A DNA stretch of 64,000 nucleotides from an uncultured Pelagibacteraceae bacterium (GTDB lineage: Bacteria > Pseudomonadota > Alphaproteobacteria > Pelagibacterales > Pelagibacteraceae), in the NCBI GenBank assembly GCA_902570915.1, contig CACGAB010000001.1:60048-124047 (forward strand), written 5' to 3'. Below, one piece after another: positions 40,256-48,704 of the stretch; the stretch's first letter is position 1; each line of letters starts with the position of its first letter. A program made the translations under genes and the position numbers. A model generated the notes under the pieces. The model did no database searches, had not been told where the DNA came from, and saw only the letters and a list, made by a program, of their open reading frames with translations.

Positions 40256-40645
40256 ATGATTGAACAATTTAGTATTTATTTAATAGCGATGATACTAGGG
40301 ATAATGTTGTTTTTCTCGTTTGTGATTGCTCCAGTAGTATTTACTACTTTAGATGAAGATAATGCTCGAAAGTTTATTAGAAGAATATTTCCTTTTTATT
40401 ATAATGTGAATTTAACGATTAGTTTCGTTATCCTACTAATCTTTTTATTTTTAGGTAAATTAGGCGTTGATTTTTATCTAATTTTATTGATCACAATCTT
40501 ATTCACTACATCAAACTATTTATTAATGCCATTAATTAATAAATATAGAGATGAAAAACAGGATAAAAAATTCAAATATTCACACTTTATCTCAGTAGTA
40601 ATTAATTTTGTTCAAATGATTTGTTTGGTATTTCTTTTAATTTAA
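40256..40645 (+). CDS. DUF4149-family membrane protein
   Basis: FFSFVIAPVVF..L....A..FIRRIFP, P-x-IN-x-x-RD, F...H..SV. Confidence 0.82.
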   Translation: MIEQFSIYLIAMILGIMLFFSFVIAPVVFTTLDEDNARKFIRRIFPFYYNVNLTISFVILLIFLFLGKLGVDFYLILLITILFTTSNYLLMPLINKYRDEKQDKKFKYSHFISVVINFVQMICLVFLLI

Positions 40646-40774
40646 AAGTTTTTTTTCTTTTTTACCTTTAACTTCGTTTTTTTGATCACAGTATTTTTTG
40701 AAAACATAAGCCGTTGATACCCCACCAATTAGTATTAATTTTAATATCTTTAATTTAATAAGTGTTTTTATCAT
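40637..40774 (-). CDS. Small 45-aa hypothetical protein (not in the ORF track)
   Basis: Manual translation MIKTLIKLKILKLILIGGVSTAYVFKKYCDQKNEVKGKKEKKLLN*; its ATG overlaps the TGA of the upstream ORF (ATGA). Confidence 0.5.
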   Translation of the reverse strand: MIKTLIKLKILKLILIGGVSTAYVFKKYCDQKNEVKGKKEKKLLN

Positions 40775-40980
40775 GATTTAATATCAAACCTTTCTAATAA
40801 AAATTGGATTATTAAATTATAGAAAAATACAAAACAAAAAATATAAAATAGAAAAATTACTTCTTTAGAATTAAAGAGGTATCCAGTTGCGGTTAAAAGC
40901 ACGAAAAATAGGCTAATTGATAAAGCAAGCTTTGCCTGTGATTTCTTTTTTAAGTGAGATTTAACAATATTGCTTTTCAT
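40771..40980 (-). CDS. Small two-TM hypothetical membrane protein
   Basis: 69-aa ORF with two hydrophobic segments, fills an otherwise empty gap. Confidence 0.55.
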   Translation of the reverse strand: MKSNIVKSHLKKKSQAKLALSISLFFVLLTATGYLFNSKEVIFLFYIFCFVFFYNLIIQFLLERFDIKS

Positions 40981-41110
40981 TAAATAATAATAACTATTAA
41001 AGATATTTATTCATCATGAATTTTGTCCTACCTAGACATTTGAATTGTAATGTTTTAACATTTTTAACACTCATTTTTTAAATTTATTAAGGTATTGATG
41101 ATTAATTGTT

Positions 41111-43210
41111 GTGAAAAATATTTATAAAATTCATTACATCATATCTTTTTTAGCTTTATTTTTTTCTAAAGCTATAGCGGAGCCAACCTTTGTGCAAAGC
41201 AAATCAATCGACACAGCCACTTATTATGGACTTACATTTAATAATAATGGAACAAAAATGTATACTTTAAGAAGTGGAGGAACAACGGATGCAGTTATTG
41301 AACATATATTAACTACCGCATATGACATTTCAACGGCAACCGTAAATAATACTAAAGTAGTACATGTAAGTGGAGGTAATAACTCTCATGTACCAACACA
41401 AGTAGTGTTCAATAACGATGGAACAAAAATGTTTATTGTTAACCATGCTGGTAGAAAGACAGTAGATTACTGGTCACTAAGTACTGCATTTGATGTTTCA
41501 ACTGCTACATTTGATGGCGCATATAGTCTAGTTGGTAAAGAACAAAGAGCTAATTCAATTGCATTTAATAATGATGGTACCAGAATGTTTATTGCTGGTG
41601 TAGGAAATGACTCACAAGTACGTATTCATGAATTTTCACTAGATACAGCATTTGATCTTAGCTCAGGAGTTACTCAACTTAATACTGAAGACCTAATTTC
41701 TTTTCACAATCACATAGATGGAGTTACTTTTAATTACGATGGTACTAAAATGTATACCATTAATGGTACAGAAGATTTGATGTCTCAGTTTAAATTAACC
41801 ACACCTTATGATGTTTCTACTTTATCTCTTGAAGGCACCTATGATGTAAGTTCTCTTACTAATAATTCAAGAGAAGTTGTGTTTAGTAATGATGGAAGTA
41901 AAATGTTTATCCTTGATGATCTCGATAATAAAATTCATGAATTCAACCTAAGTTGTAATTGGAGCATAATCGATGGTGCATGTGATGATCCAATAACTAC
42001 TTCTGATGAGGGCAAAGATACTTTAAGCTCAATCGAGTCTCAAACTGCAACTGCTAAACAAATTGCTATTCAAGCAAGTACTCCAGTTCTTAACCGTATG
42101 TATTGGTTAAGAAGACATAGAAATAATGATCAATTAAGTAACCAAAATATTAGATTAAACTTTTCTAATTCAATGGTGGCATCGCTTTCTAACATTATTC
42201 CCATATCAAATAAAACAAATGAAGTTCTAGATAGATTATCAGATGATTGGTCATTTTGGAGTGAGGGTAGCGTAAGTATTGGTAGAACTGGAGATACATC
42301 TACTTCATCATCTAAAAAAATTAATACCAAAGGTATTACACTTGGCATGGATAAAAAGATAAGCAAAAATAGATTATATGGTTATGCTCTTAGATTTGGT
42401 AATGATGATGTTGATGTAGGCACATCTGGGACTAATTTAGATACTGAGTCTTTTAGTTTGTCTGTTTATGGAACTTTTCCCCATGATGATGAAAAATTTA
42501 CTGAAGGTATTCTTGGAGTGAGCACATTAAAGACTGATCATATTAGGAAAGGGGGAGGTAGTACTAGAACAGGAGAGAGAGATGGTGCACAAATATTTGG
42601 TTCACTTAATTACTTAACAACATATAAAAAAGAGAATTTTAATATTACTCCAAATTTAAGAATTGATTTAAGCTATACAGAATTGTCCAAATATAGAGAA
42701 AAAGGTCCTGCAGCCTTAGTTTACAAAGCTCAAACAATTGAAACTGGAATGATATCAGCTGGTTTTACCATAAGTGATATTTTAGATTATAATTCTTTCA
42801 CTTTTAAACCAAATGGTGGATTAGAGCTTGGATTAGATTTTAGTCCTTCTTCAGATGCTACTTATCGTTATCTATCGGAAACTACAGAATATACAAAATC
42901 AATTGATCAAGATTCAAAAAATTTAAGAGCAAATATTGGATTTGATTTAGTAACCGATAATGGTTTTTCCATAATGACTATTTATGAGAGAAATCAAAGT
43001 GACAATGCTCATAGCGATACTTTATATTTAGGATTTAGTTTTATACCAACAGACGATATTGAATATGCTATGACTTTAGATAATGACAAAGCATCTTTAA
43101 GTTATAAGAGAGATTTGAATGGTTTTGATATCAGAATGAGTTCGAATTATAGCTTGATGAGTCAAATACCTGTCTATGGTGCAACCCTAGAAATTGTAAA
43201 TACATTTTAG
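41111..43210 (+). CDS. Autotransporter-like outer-membrane protein with repeat (beta-propeller-like) passenger domain
   Basis: Signal peptide (..KAIAE), five F-N/S-N/Y-D/N-G-T/S-K/R-M-F/Y repeats about 50 aa apart, barrel region from WSFWSEGSVSIG/GITLGMD, terminal Phe. Confidence 0.8.
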   Translation: MKNIYKIHYIISFLALFFSKAIAEPTFVQSKSIDTATYYGLTFNNNGTKMYTLRSGGTTDAVIEHILTTAYDISTATVNNTKVVHVSGGNNSHVPTQVVFNNDGTKMFIVNHAGRKTVDYWSLSTAFDVSTATFDGAYSLVGKEQRANSIAFNNDGTRMFIAGVGNDSQVRIHEFSLDTAFDLSSGVTQLNTEDLISFHNHIDGVTFNYDGTKMYTINGTEDLMSQFKLTTPYDVSTLSLEGTYDVSSLTNNSREVVFSNDGSKMFILDDLDNKIHEFNLSCNWSIIDGACDDPITTSDEGKDTLSSIESQTATAKQIAIQASTPVLNRMYWLRRHRNNDQLSNQNIRLNFSNSMVASLSNIIPISNKTNEVLDRLSDDWSFWSEGSVSIGRTGDTSTSSSKKINTKGITLGMDKKISKNRLYGYALRFGNDDVDVGTSGTNLDTESFSLSVYGTFPHDDEKFTEGILGVSTLKTDHIRKGGGSTRTGERDGAQIFGSLNYLTTYKKENFNITPNLRIDLSYTELSKYREKGPAALVYKAQTIETGMISAGFTISDILDYNSFTFKPNGGLELGLDFSPSSDATYRYLSETTEYTKSIDQDSKNLRANIGFDLVTDNGFSIMTIYERNQSDNAHSDTLYLGFSFIPTDDIEYAMTLDNDKASLSYKRDLNGFDIRMSSNYSLMSQIPVYGATLEIVNTF

Positions 43211-43350
43211 TAAATTTAAACAAAACTCTGTAGAATAATATAAGATAACTAGAACTAGACTAGAACCTGGGGAGATAAAATAAAAAAAATTTACTTATTC
43301 ATCTTGTTCAATTATAAATATTGGCATAAATACTCATGAAATTCATTAAT

Positions 43351-43436
43351 GCCCTCGTGGTGAAATTGGTAGACACAAAGGACTTAAAATCCTTGCCGCT
43401 TGCGGAGTGCCAGTTCGAGTCTGGCCGAGGGCACCA
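43351..43436 (+). tRNA. tRNA-Leu(TAA)
   Basis: GCCCTCG/CGAGGGC acceptor stem, anticodon loop CTTAAAA, long variable arm, GTTCGAG, CCA. Confidence 0.96.
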
Positions 43437-43439
43437 TGA

Positions 43440-44189
43440 ATGAATGAATTTAGTAGAAAGATAAGAAATTTTTTTAGAGTTATTAAAAAACCTTTTTTAA
43501 AAAAAAAGGACTTTTGGATAGACAATATTCCTGAAATAGATGACGAAAATAAAAAGTTGATTAATTTTATCGATCAGTACTCATTAACACCTTTGGTCAG
43601 AAGATGGACTCTAATTAAGTCTGTTCATTACATTAATAAAAATCAGATAGAGGGCGATATTGTAGAATGTGGAATATGGAGGGGTGGTAATTTATTTTTG
43701 GTTAAAAAAATTCAAGAAAAATATTATAACAATATAAAAAGATCACTTTACGGATATGATACTTTTGAGGGAATGCCTCAACCTTCGGTACATGATGGTT
43801 TAAAAGCCAATGAAGTTTATAATGAATTTAAGAATAAAAACGAGCCTTGGACAAAAGCATCATTAGATGATGTCTTAAATTCCTCAAAAAAATTATTTTC
43901 AAATACAGACGATTTAATTTTTATAAAAGGTAAAGTTGAAAACACCTTGATGGAAAAAGATAATTTACCTAAAAAAATATCAATACTTAGACTTGATACT
44001 GATTTTTATGAGAGTACAAAAATTGAACTTGAAACTTTTTACCCACTTTTGTCAGAAAAAGGTGTTTTAATAATTGATGATTATGGAGATTTTCCGGGTT
44101 GTAGAAAAGCTGTGGATGAGTACTTTTTAGATAAAAACGTATTAATGATTGGTGTTGATAAGTCTTGTAGAGTGATTATTAAAGATTAA
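43440..44189 (+). CDS. TylF/MycF (NovP-like) O-methyltransferase
   Basis: GDIVECGIWRGG, YDTFEGMP, LRLDTDFYEST, IIDDYG. Confidence 0.9.
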   Translation: MNEFSRKIRNFFRVIKKPFLKKKDFWIDNIPEIDDENKKLINFIDQYSLTPLVRRWTLIKSVHYINKNQIEGDIVECGIWRGGNLFLVKKIQEKYYNNIKRSLYGYDTFEGMPQPSVHDGLKANEVYNEFKNKNEPWTKASLDDVLNSSKKLFSNTDDLIFIKGKVENTLMEKDNLPKKISILRLDTDFYESTKIELETFYPLLSEKGVLIIDDYGDFPGCRKAVDEYFLDKNVLMIGVDKSCRVIIKD

Positions 44190-44193
44190 CTAA

Positions 44194-44964
44194 ATGAAAA
44201 AAAATATTCAAATAATAAGTGATAAAAACCAGAAATCATTAAGAATAAAATCAATCCTATTAAAAAAATTAAAATATTTTTTATCAAATAAATTGAATAT
44301 TATTATTGTCATAGGTGGTGATGGGTTTATGCTTCAAACACTAAAAAAAAACATAAACTCCAAAACCCTTTTTTATGGAATAAACTCCGGAAATTATGGT
44401 TTTTTAATGAATAAGTTTTCTTCAAAAAATTTTTTAAGAAACTTATCAAAAGCTAATACAGTTTCTATTTCTCCATTAGAAATGAAAGTTAAAAATAAAA
44501 ATAATTATATAAAAAAGTCATTAGCAATAAATGAGGTTTCAATTTTAAGACAAAGTAGACAAGCAGCTACTATATCGATAAGTCAAGGTTCTAGATTAAT
44601 TATTAAAAAGTTGGTTTCAGATGGAGTTTTAGTCTCAACTCCAGCTGGAAGCACAGCTTATAATCTGTCAGTTCATGGACCAATTCTTAGTTTGAATTCT
44701 AAAAAATTATCTATTTCACCCATAAGTCCTTTTAGACCAAGAAGATGGAAAGGGAAAATTATTAAGGATAATTCAAAAATAATTATTAAAAATTTGAATT
44801 CAAAAAAGAGACCAATAAGCGCAGTTGCTGATAATATAGAAGTTAGGAATGCAAAAAATATCACAATAAAAACAAACAAAAAAATTAAATTCAACCTTTT
44901 ATATGATCAAAATAACAGTCTTCATAAAAAGATTAAAATAGAACAGTTAAGACGAGAAACATAA
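44194..44964 (+). CDS. nadK: NAD kinase
   Basis: IGGDGFML, GFLMN, NEVS, STPAGSTAYNLS. Confidence 0.93.
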   Translation: MKKNIQIISDKNQKSLRIKSILLKKLKYFLSNKLNIIIVIGGDGFMLQTLKKNINSKTLFYGINSGNYGFLMNKFSSKNFLRNLSKANTVSISPLEMKVKNKNNYIKKSLAINEVSILRQSRQAATISISQGSRLIIKKLVSDGVLVSTPAGSTAYNLSVHGPILSLNSKKLSISPISPFRPRRWKGKIIKDNSKIIIKNLNSKKRPISAVADNIEVRNAKNITIKTNKKIKFNLLYDQNNSLHKKIKIEQLRRET

Positions 44965-45018
44965 ATACTAAGTTAATACGGTAACACATAGTTAAATTGA
45001 GTTGAAGAAGTTTTTGTA

Positions 45019-45822
45019 TTATTTAAAATATATTTTAAATTTTTCTTTATTAGAGATTAAATAATCAGGAAGTAATTTTAAATCAATTTTTGTTAATTTT
45101 TCATTAGTATCCATAAAATTAACATCTTCTTTTAGACATTTTGAAATATATTCACTATTTTTAAACTTATAATTATTAAACTCTAAATGAGCAAAAGCAT
45201 TTAGTTTTTCAATTATTTCATTTATATTTCTGATCCAACTAAAATGCCAACCACCATTTTCTATTATCTTAAAATTATGAATGTAATTTTTTGAAAAAAA
45301 TTTATCGATCCGTAAATAACTATATCTTTTATGTACTTTTAAAGATCTTAACCATTGTGGAGATTTTAGTTTTTTAAGTTTACACAGTTTAGTCCCAAAC
45401 CAACTATAATCTCTAACAAGGTTGAATTTATACATTATGTTGATTTGTCTAAACACATAAACAAAATTATCTAAATTTTTTAAATTAATATTATTTAAAT
45501 TTGGAATTTCATCTAAATCTGAAACTATAATAATATCATTTTTATTTGCGTCAAATAAGCCTTTTTGAATATAATTTCTTTGATAATTTTCTCTTTGCCA
45601 AGAATTCATATTTTCATTAAATTTTTCTACATAGAAATATCTTATTTTGTTCTCAAATTTTTTTAAAATATTTTGGTCAATTTTTTTACCTTTTTTTTTA
45701 CCCTGATGATTTTCTCCAAATTCTACAATTACAAAAAAATCAACCCATTTAGTCATTTCATTCAATCTTATTTCTAAAATTGAGTTTTCGTCATTGAAAG
45801 TAAAACAATCAAATATTTTCAT
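45019..45822 (-). CDS. Glycosyltransferase family 17 (GnT-III-like)
   Basis: IFDCFTFNDE..LEIRL, WQRENYQRN, VSDLDEIP, GGWHFSW, FAHLE. Confidence 0.82.
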   Translation of the reverse strand: MKIFDCFTFNDENSILEIRLNEMTKWVDFFVIVEFGENHQGKKKGKKIDQNILKKFENKIRYFYVEKFNENMNSWQRENYQRNYIQKGLFDANKNDIIIVSDLDEIPNLNNINLKNLDNFVYVFRQINIMYKFNLVRDYSWFGTKLCKLKKLKSPQWLRSLKVHKRYSYLRIDKFFSKNYIHNFKIIENGGWHFSWIRNINEIIEKLNAFAHLEFNNYKFKNSEYISKCLKEDVNFMDTNEKLTKIDLKLLPDYLISNKEKFKIYFK

Positions 45823-45887
45823 TATTTATTTACATACCATAAACGTTTAGGGGCACCTAATCTAATCTATTGATATCAGCTAGAATA

Positions 45888-46577
45888 TTATCTAGTGATA
45901 AAATAATTAAAAAACTTGACGTATTTTTTTTCAATTATCCAAAGAAATTTAGATAGAAATCTGTTTAATAATATTTTTTTTTTAGTAAACAAAAAATCAA
46001 AATTATTATGATCATATCCAAAACCAACATATGAATAACCATTTTGATTAAGATGATTTATCATTGTTTTTTTTTCTAATTTTGTAAGATGAATAAATTC
46101 AACTGAAATATTTTTTATACGAAATTTATTCATATTAATTGACATTAGAGCATTATAATCTATTCCTTCAAGATCTATACTTAAATAATCAATTGTATTA
46201 TGTTTAACTTTTTTATCAAAAAATTCATTAATTGAAAGTGATTGAATTTCAAATTTTTTAATTTTTGATTTAGGATAATGTTTTTTTAGATGTTCTATTT
46301 TTGAAGAACAAACTTGATAATGAGGAGCATCATCTTCAGTGTAATAAAAAGTTAAATTTTTTTCGTTATCAAAAGAGATTCCTAAATTGTATATTTTTAC
46401 GTTTGAAAAATCTTTATAACATGCTTTGAGATGAGAAATATTTTTAGGATTAGCCTCTAAAACAAAAATTTTATCGCGCGATTTACTATTACTTTTTATA
46501 AATTCTGTAAATCCACATTTAAAATTTGTTCTTTCATCAAGGTCTCCTGCGCCTGCACCTAAATGAATGAATATCAT
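45888..46577 (-). CDS. FkbM-family methyltransferase
   Basis: IHLGAGAG, LEANP, IDYLSIDLEGID, ISVEF. Confidence 0.78.
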   Translation of the reverse strand: MIFIHLGAGAGDLDERTNFKCGFTEFIKSNSKSRDKIFVLEANPKNISHLKACYKDFSNVKIYNLGISFDNEKNLTFYYTEDDAPHYQVCSSKIEHLKKHYPKSKIKKFEIQSLSINEFFDKKVKHNTIDYLSIDLEGIDYNALMSINMNKFRIKNISVEFIHLTKLEKKTMINHLNQNGYSYVGFGYDHNNFDFLFTKKKILLNRFLSKFLWIIEKKYVKFFNYFITR

Positions 46578-46671
46578 ATTTTTTCTATATTTCTTTTAGA
46601 AAAATGTATATCACTAGGATAATTAAATATGAATAATTTACATCATCTTTTTAAAAAAAAGGTTATTTCAA

Positions 46672-47883
46672 TTGAAAATTAAATTTTGTAGACTCTGTAA
46701 ATCAAAAAATTTAGAGACTGTATCAAATTTAGGAAACATGTATTTTACTGGAATTTTTCCTAAATCAAAAAAAACGTCAATACCAAAAGGGATACTTAAA
46801 TTAGTTAGATGCAAAAGGTGTAGTCTACTGCAATTAGAAAATAATTTTGACTCTAATCTTATGTATGGTGCAAATTATGGTTATATGTCATCTTTAAATC
46901 AAGCAATGAAGTTTCATCTTGAATTAAAAAAAAAATATTTATTAGAAACATATGATTTAAAAAAAGGTAACTTTATTTTAGATATTGGAAGTAATGATGG
47001 AACTTTCTTAAAGTTTTTTAATAAAGATTTTAAATTATTTGCATGTGACCCAACAATCAAAAAATTTAAGAAGTTTTATAGAAAAGATATCAAAACCACT
47101 GCTGATTTTTTCTCAGCGGATAAATTTGATAAACTTAAATTTAATTTAATTACTTCAATTGCTATGTTTTATGATTTACCTGATCCATTAAAATTCGTAA
47201 AGGATATCGAAAGGTTATTAACAAGAAATGGAATCTGGCACGTAGAAATGAGTTACATGCCATCGATGTTAAATAGTAGATCATATGATACAATTTGTCA
47301 TGAACATCTTGAATATTACTCGTTAAGATCAATTAAATTTTTAACAGATTTATCAAATCTAAAAATAGTAAATATTTCTTTTAATCAAATAAACGGAGGA
47401 AGTTTTTCTTTGGATATAGCAAAAAACAGTTCAAATTATGACGAGGATAAAACATTGTTAAAATGGTTACTTTTTAGAGAAAAATTTCTAGAATTTAACG
47501 ATCTTAAAACTCAAAAAATTTTCTTTAAAGATATTAAAAAGCAAAAACTGTTACTTTTTAATTTGATAAAAACATTGAAATCCAAAGGAAAAAAAATTTG
47601 TGGCTATGGTGCTTCAACTAAAGGTAATGTTATTTTACAATATTGCGGACTTACTGAAAAACATTTAGATTGTATTTTTGAGGTTAATCCTTTTAAATTT
47701 AACAGATTTACACCAGGCTCAAAAATAAAAATATTATCTGAAAGATATCTAAAAAAAGTAAGACCAGACTACCTTTTGGTATTACCTTGGCATTTCAAAG
47801 AGCATATTATTAAAAAAGAAAAAAATTTTTTAGATAAAGGCGGTAAATTAATTTTTCCGCTACCAGAAATTGAAATAATCTAA
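46672..47883 (+). CDS. NDP-sugar C-methyltransferase (Zn-binding, Methyltransf_13/14 type)
   Basis: CRLC...CKRC Zn site, LDIGSNDG, DTICHEHLEYY, YGASTKG, LPWHF. Confidence 0.88.
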   Translation: MKIKFCRLCKSKNLETVSNLGNMYFTGIFPKSKKTSIPKGILKLVRCKRCSLLQLENNFDSNLMYGANYGYMSSLNQAMKFHLELKKKYLLETYDLKKGNFILDIGSNDGTFLKFFNKDFKLFACDPTIKKFKKFYRKDIKTTADFFSADKFDKLKFNLITSIAMFYDLPDPLKFVKDIERLLTRNGIWHVEMSYMPSMLNSRSYDTICHEHLEYYSLRSIKFLTDLSNLKIVNISFNQINGGSFSLDIAKNSSNYDEDKTLLKWLLFREKFLEFNDLKTQKIFFKDIKKQKLLLFNLIKTLKSKGKKICGYGASTKGNVILQYCGLTEKHLDCIFEVNPFKFNRFTPGSKIKILSERYLKKVRPDYLLVLPWHFKEHIIKKEKNFLDKGGKLIFPLPEIEII

Positions 47884-47959
47884 ATAATTGTAATTAATTT
47901 TAAATTTTTTTAGATATTATTAATATATTTTACAAATTATGATTGTAAGATATCAGCTC

Positions 47960-48679
47960 ATGTCAAAAAAAATCCTTATAATTCCAACATATAATGAAAG
48001 GTATAATGTACCGATTCTTTACAAAAAAATTCGAAAATATAATAAGAATTTAGAAATTCTTTTTGTAGAGGATAGTTCACCAGATAGAACGATCGATGTT
48101 ATAAGAACTATCCAAAAAAAAGATAATAAAGTAAAAGTTTTATTAAGACAAAAAAAAGCGGGAATTGGATCTGCTCACAAAACAGCAATCTCTTGGGCAG
48201 TAAAAAGAAATTATAATTTGTGTATTACAATGGATGCTGATTTAACACATGATCCTAAATATATTCCAAAAATGATTAGATTCTCACCTAAATACCATTT
48301 GGTTCAGACAAATAGATTTCTTGACAAAAAATCTATAGATACATGGCCCATTTACAGACGTTTATTAACTAGATCACGTTTTCTATTACTTAAATTATTA
48401 TTGAATATAAATTATGACTCTTCAGGAGCTTTTAGATGCTACAATTTTAAAAAGCTTGATTACAGATTGCTTTTGTTTGCAAAAAATGACAGTTACTCTT
48501 TTTTTTGGGAAAGCATTTATATTCTTGTTAAAGAAAGAAGCACTATAAAAGAAATTAAAATGGTACAAAAATATAGATCTATTGGAACATCTAAAATGGA
48601 GATTAAACATTGGTTTCACGGATTATATTATTTATTTGAAGTATATTTAAAAGATTTACTTAATATTAGTTATAAATAA
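47960..48679 (+). CDS. GT2 polyprenol-phosphate glycosyltransferase (DPM1-like)
   Basis: IIPTYNE, VEDSSPDRT, MDADLTHDP, DSSGAFR, YRSIGTSKM. Confidence 0.85.
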   Translation: MSKKILIIPTYNERYNVPILYKKIRKYNKNLEILFVEDSSPDRTIDVIRTIQKKDNKVKVLLRQKKAGIGSAHKTAISWAVKRNYNLCITMDADLTHDPKYIPKMIRFSPKYHLVQTNRFLDKKSIDTWPIYRRLLTRSRFLLLKLLLNINYDSSGAFRCYNFKKLDYRLLLFAKNDSYSFFWESIYILVKERSTIKEIKMVQKYRSIGTSKMEIKHWFHGLYYLFEVYLKDLLNISYK

Positions 48680-48690
48680 TGAGAATTACC
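48546..48690 (+). repeat. Direct repeat copy 1 (3' end of the GT2 gene)
   Basis: Aligns by eye with 50218-50358: shared TATAGATCTAT, AAACATTGGTTTCACGGATTA, AAAGATTTA, AATATTAGTTATAAA. Confidence 0.85.
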
Positions 48691-48704
48691 TTAGAATTTA
48701 ACTT

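Noticed and set aside
43248-43267. CTAGAA/CTAGA micro-repeat upstream of tRNA-Leu
   Set aside because: Three short imperfect units without spacers; not a CRISPR array or a meaningful tandem repeat
31229-44189. A dispersed canonical mycosporine cluster using the ATP-grasp (31229) as MysC and TylF (43440) as MysB
   Set aside because: The ligase is the circularly permuted Anbu-associated type and TylF is a different methyltransferase family from MysB; neither is co-transcribed with the cyclase
45847-45860. TTAGGGGCACCTAA as an att-site copy of a tRNA 3' end (GGGCACC)
   Set aside because: Only 7-8 nt of identity, wrong orientation for tRNA-Thr, explicable as a small hairpin; no integrase in the window
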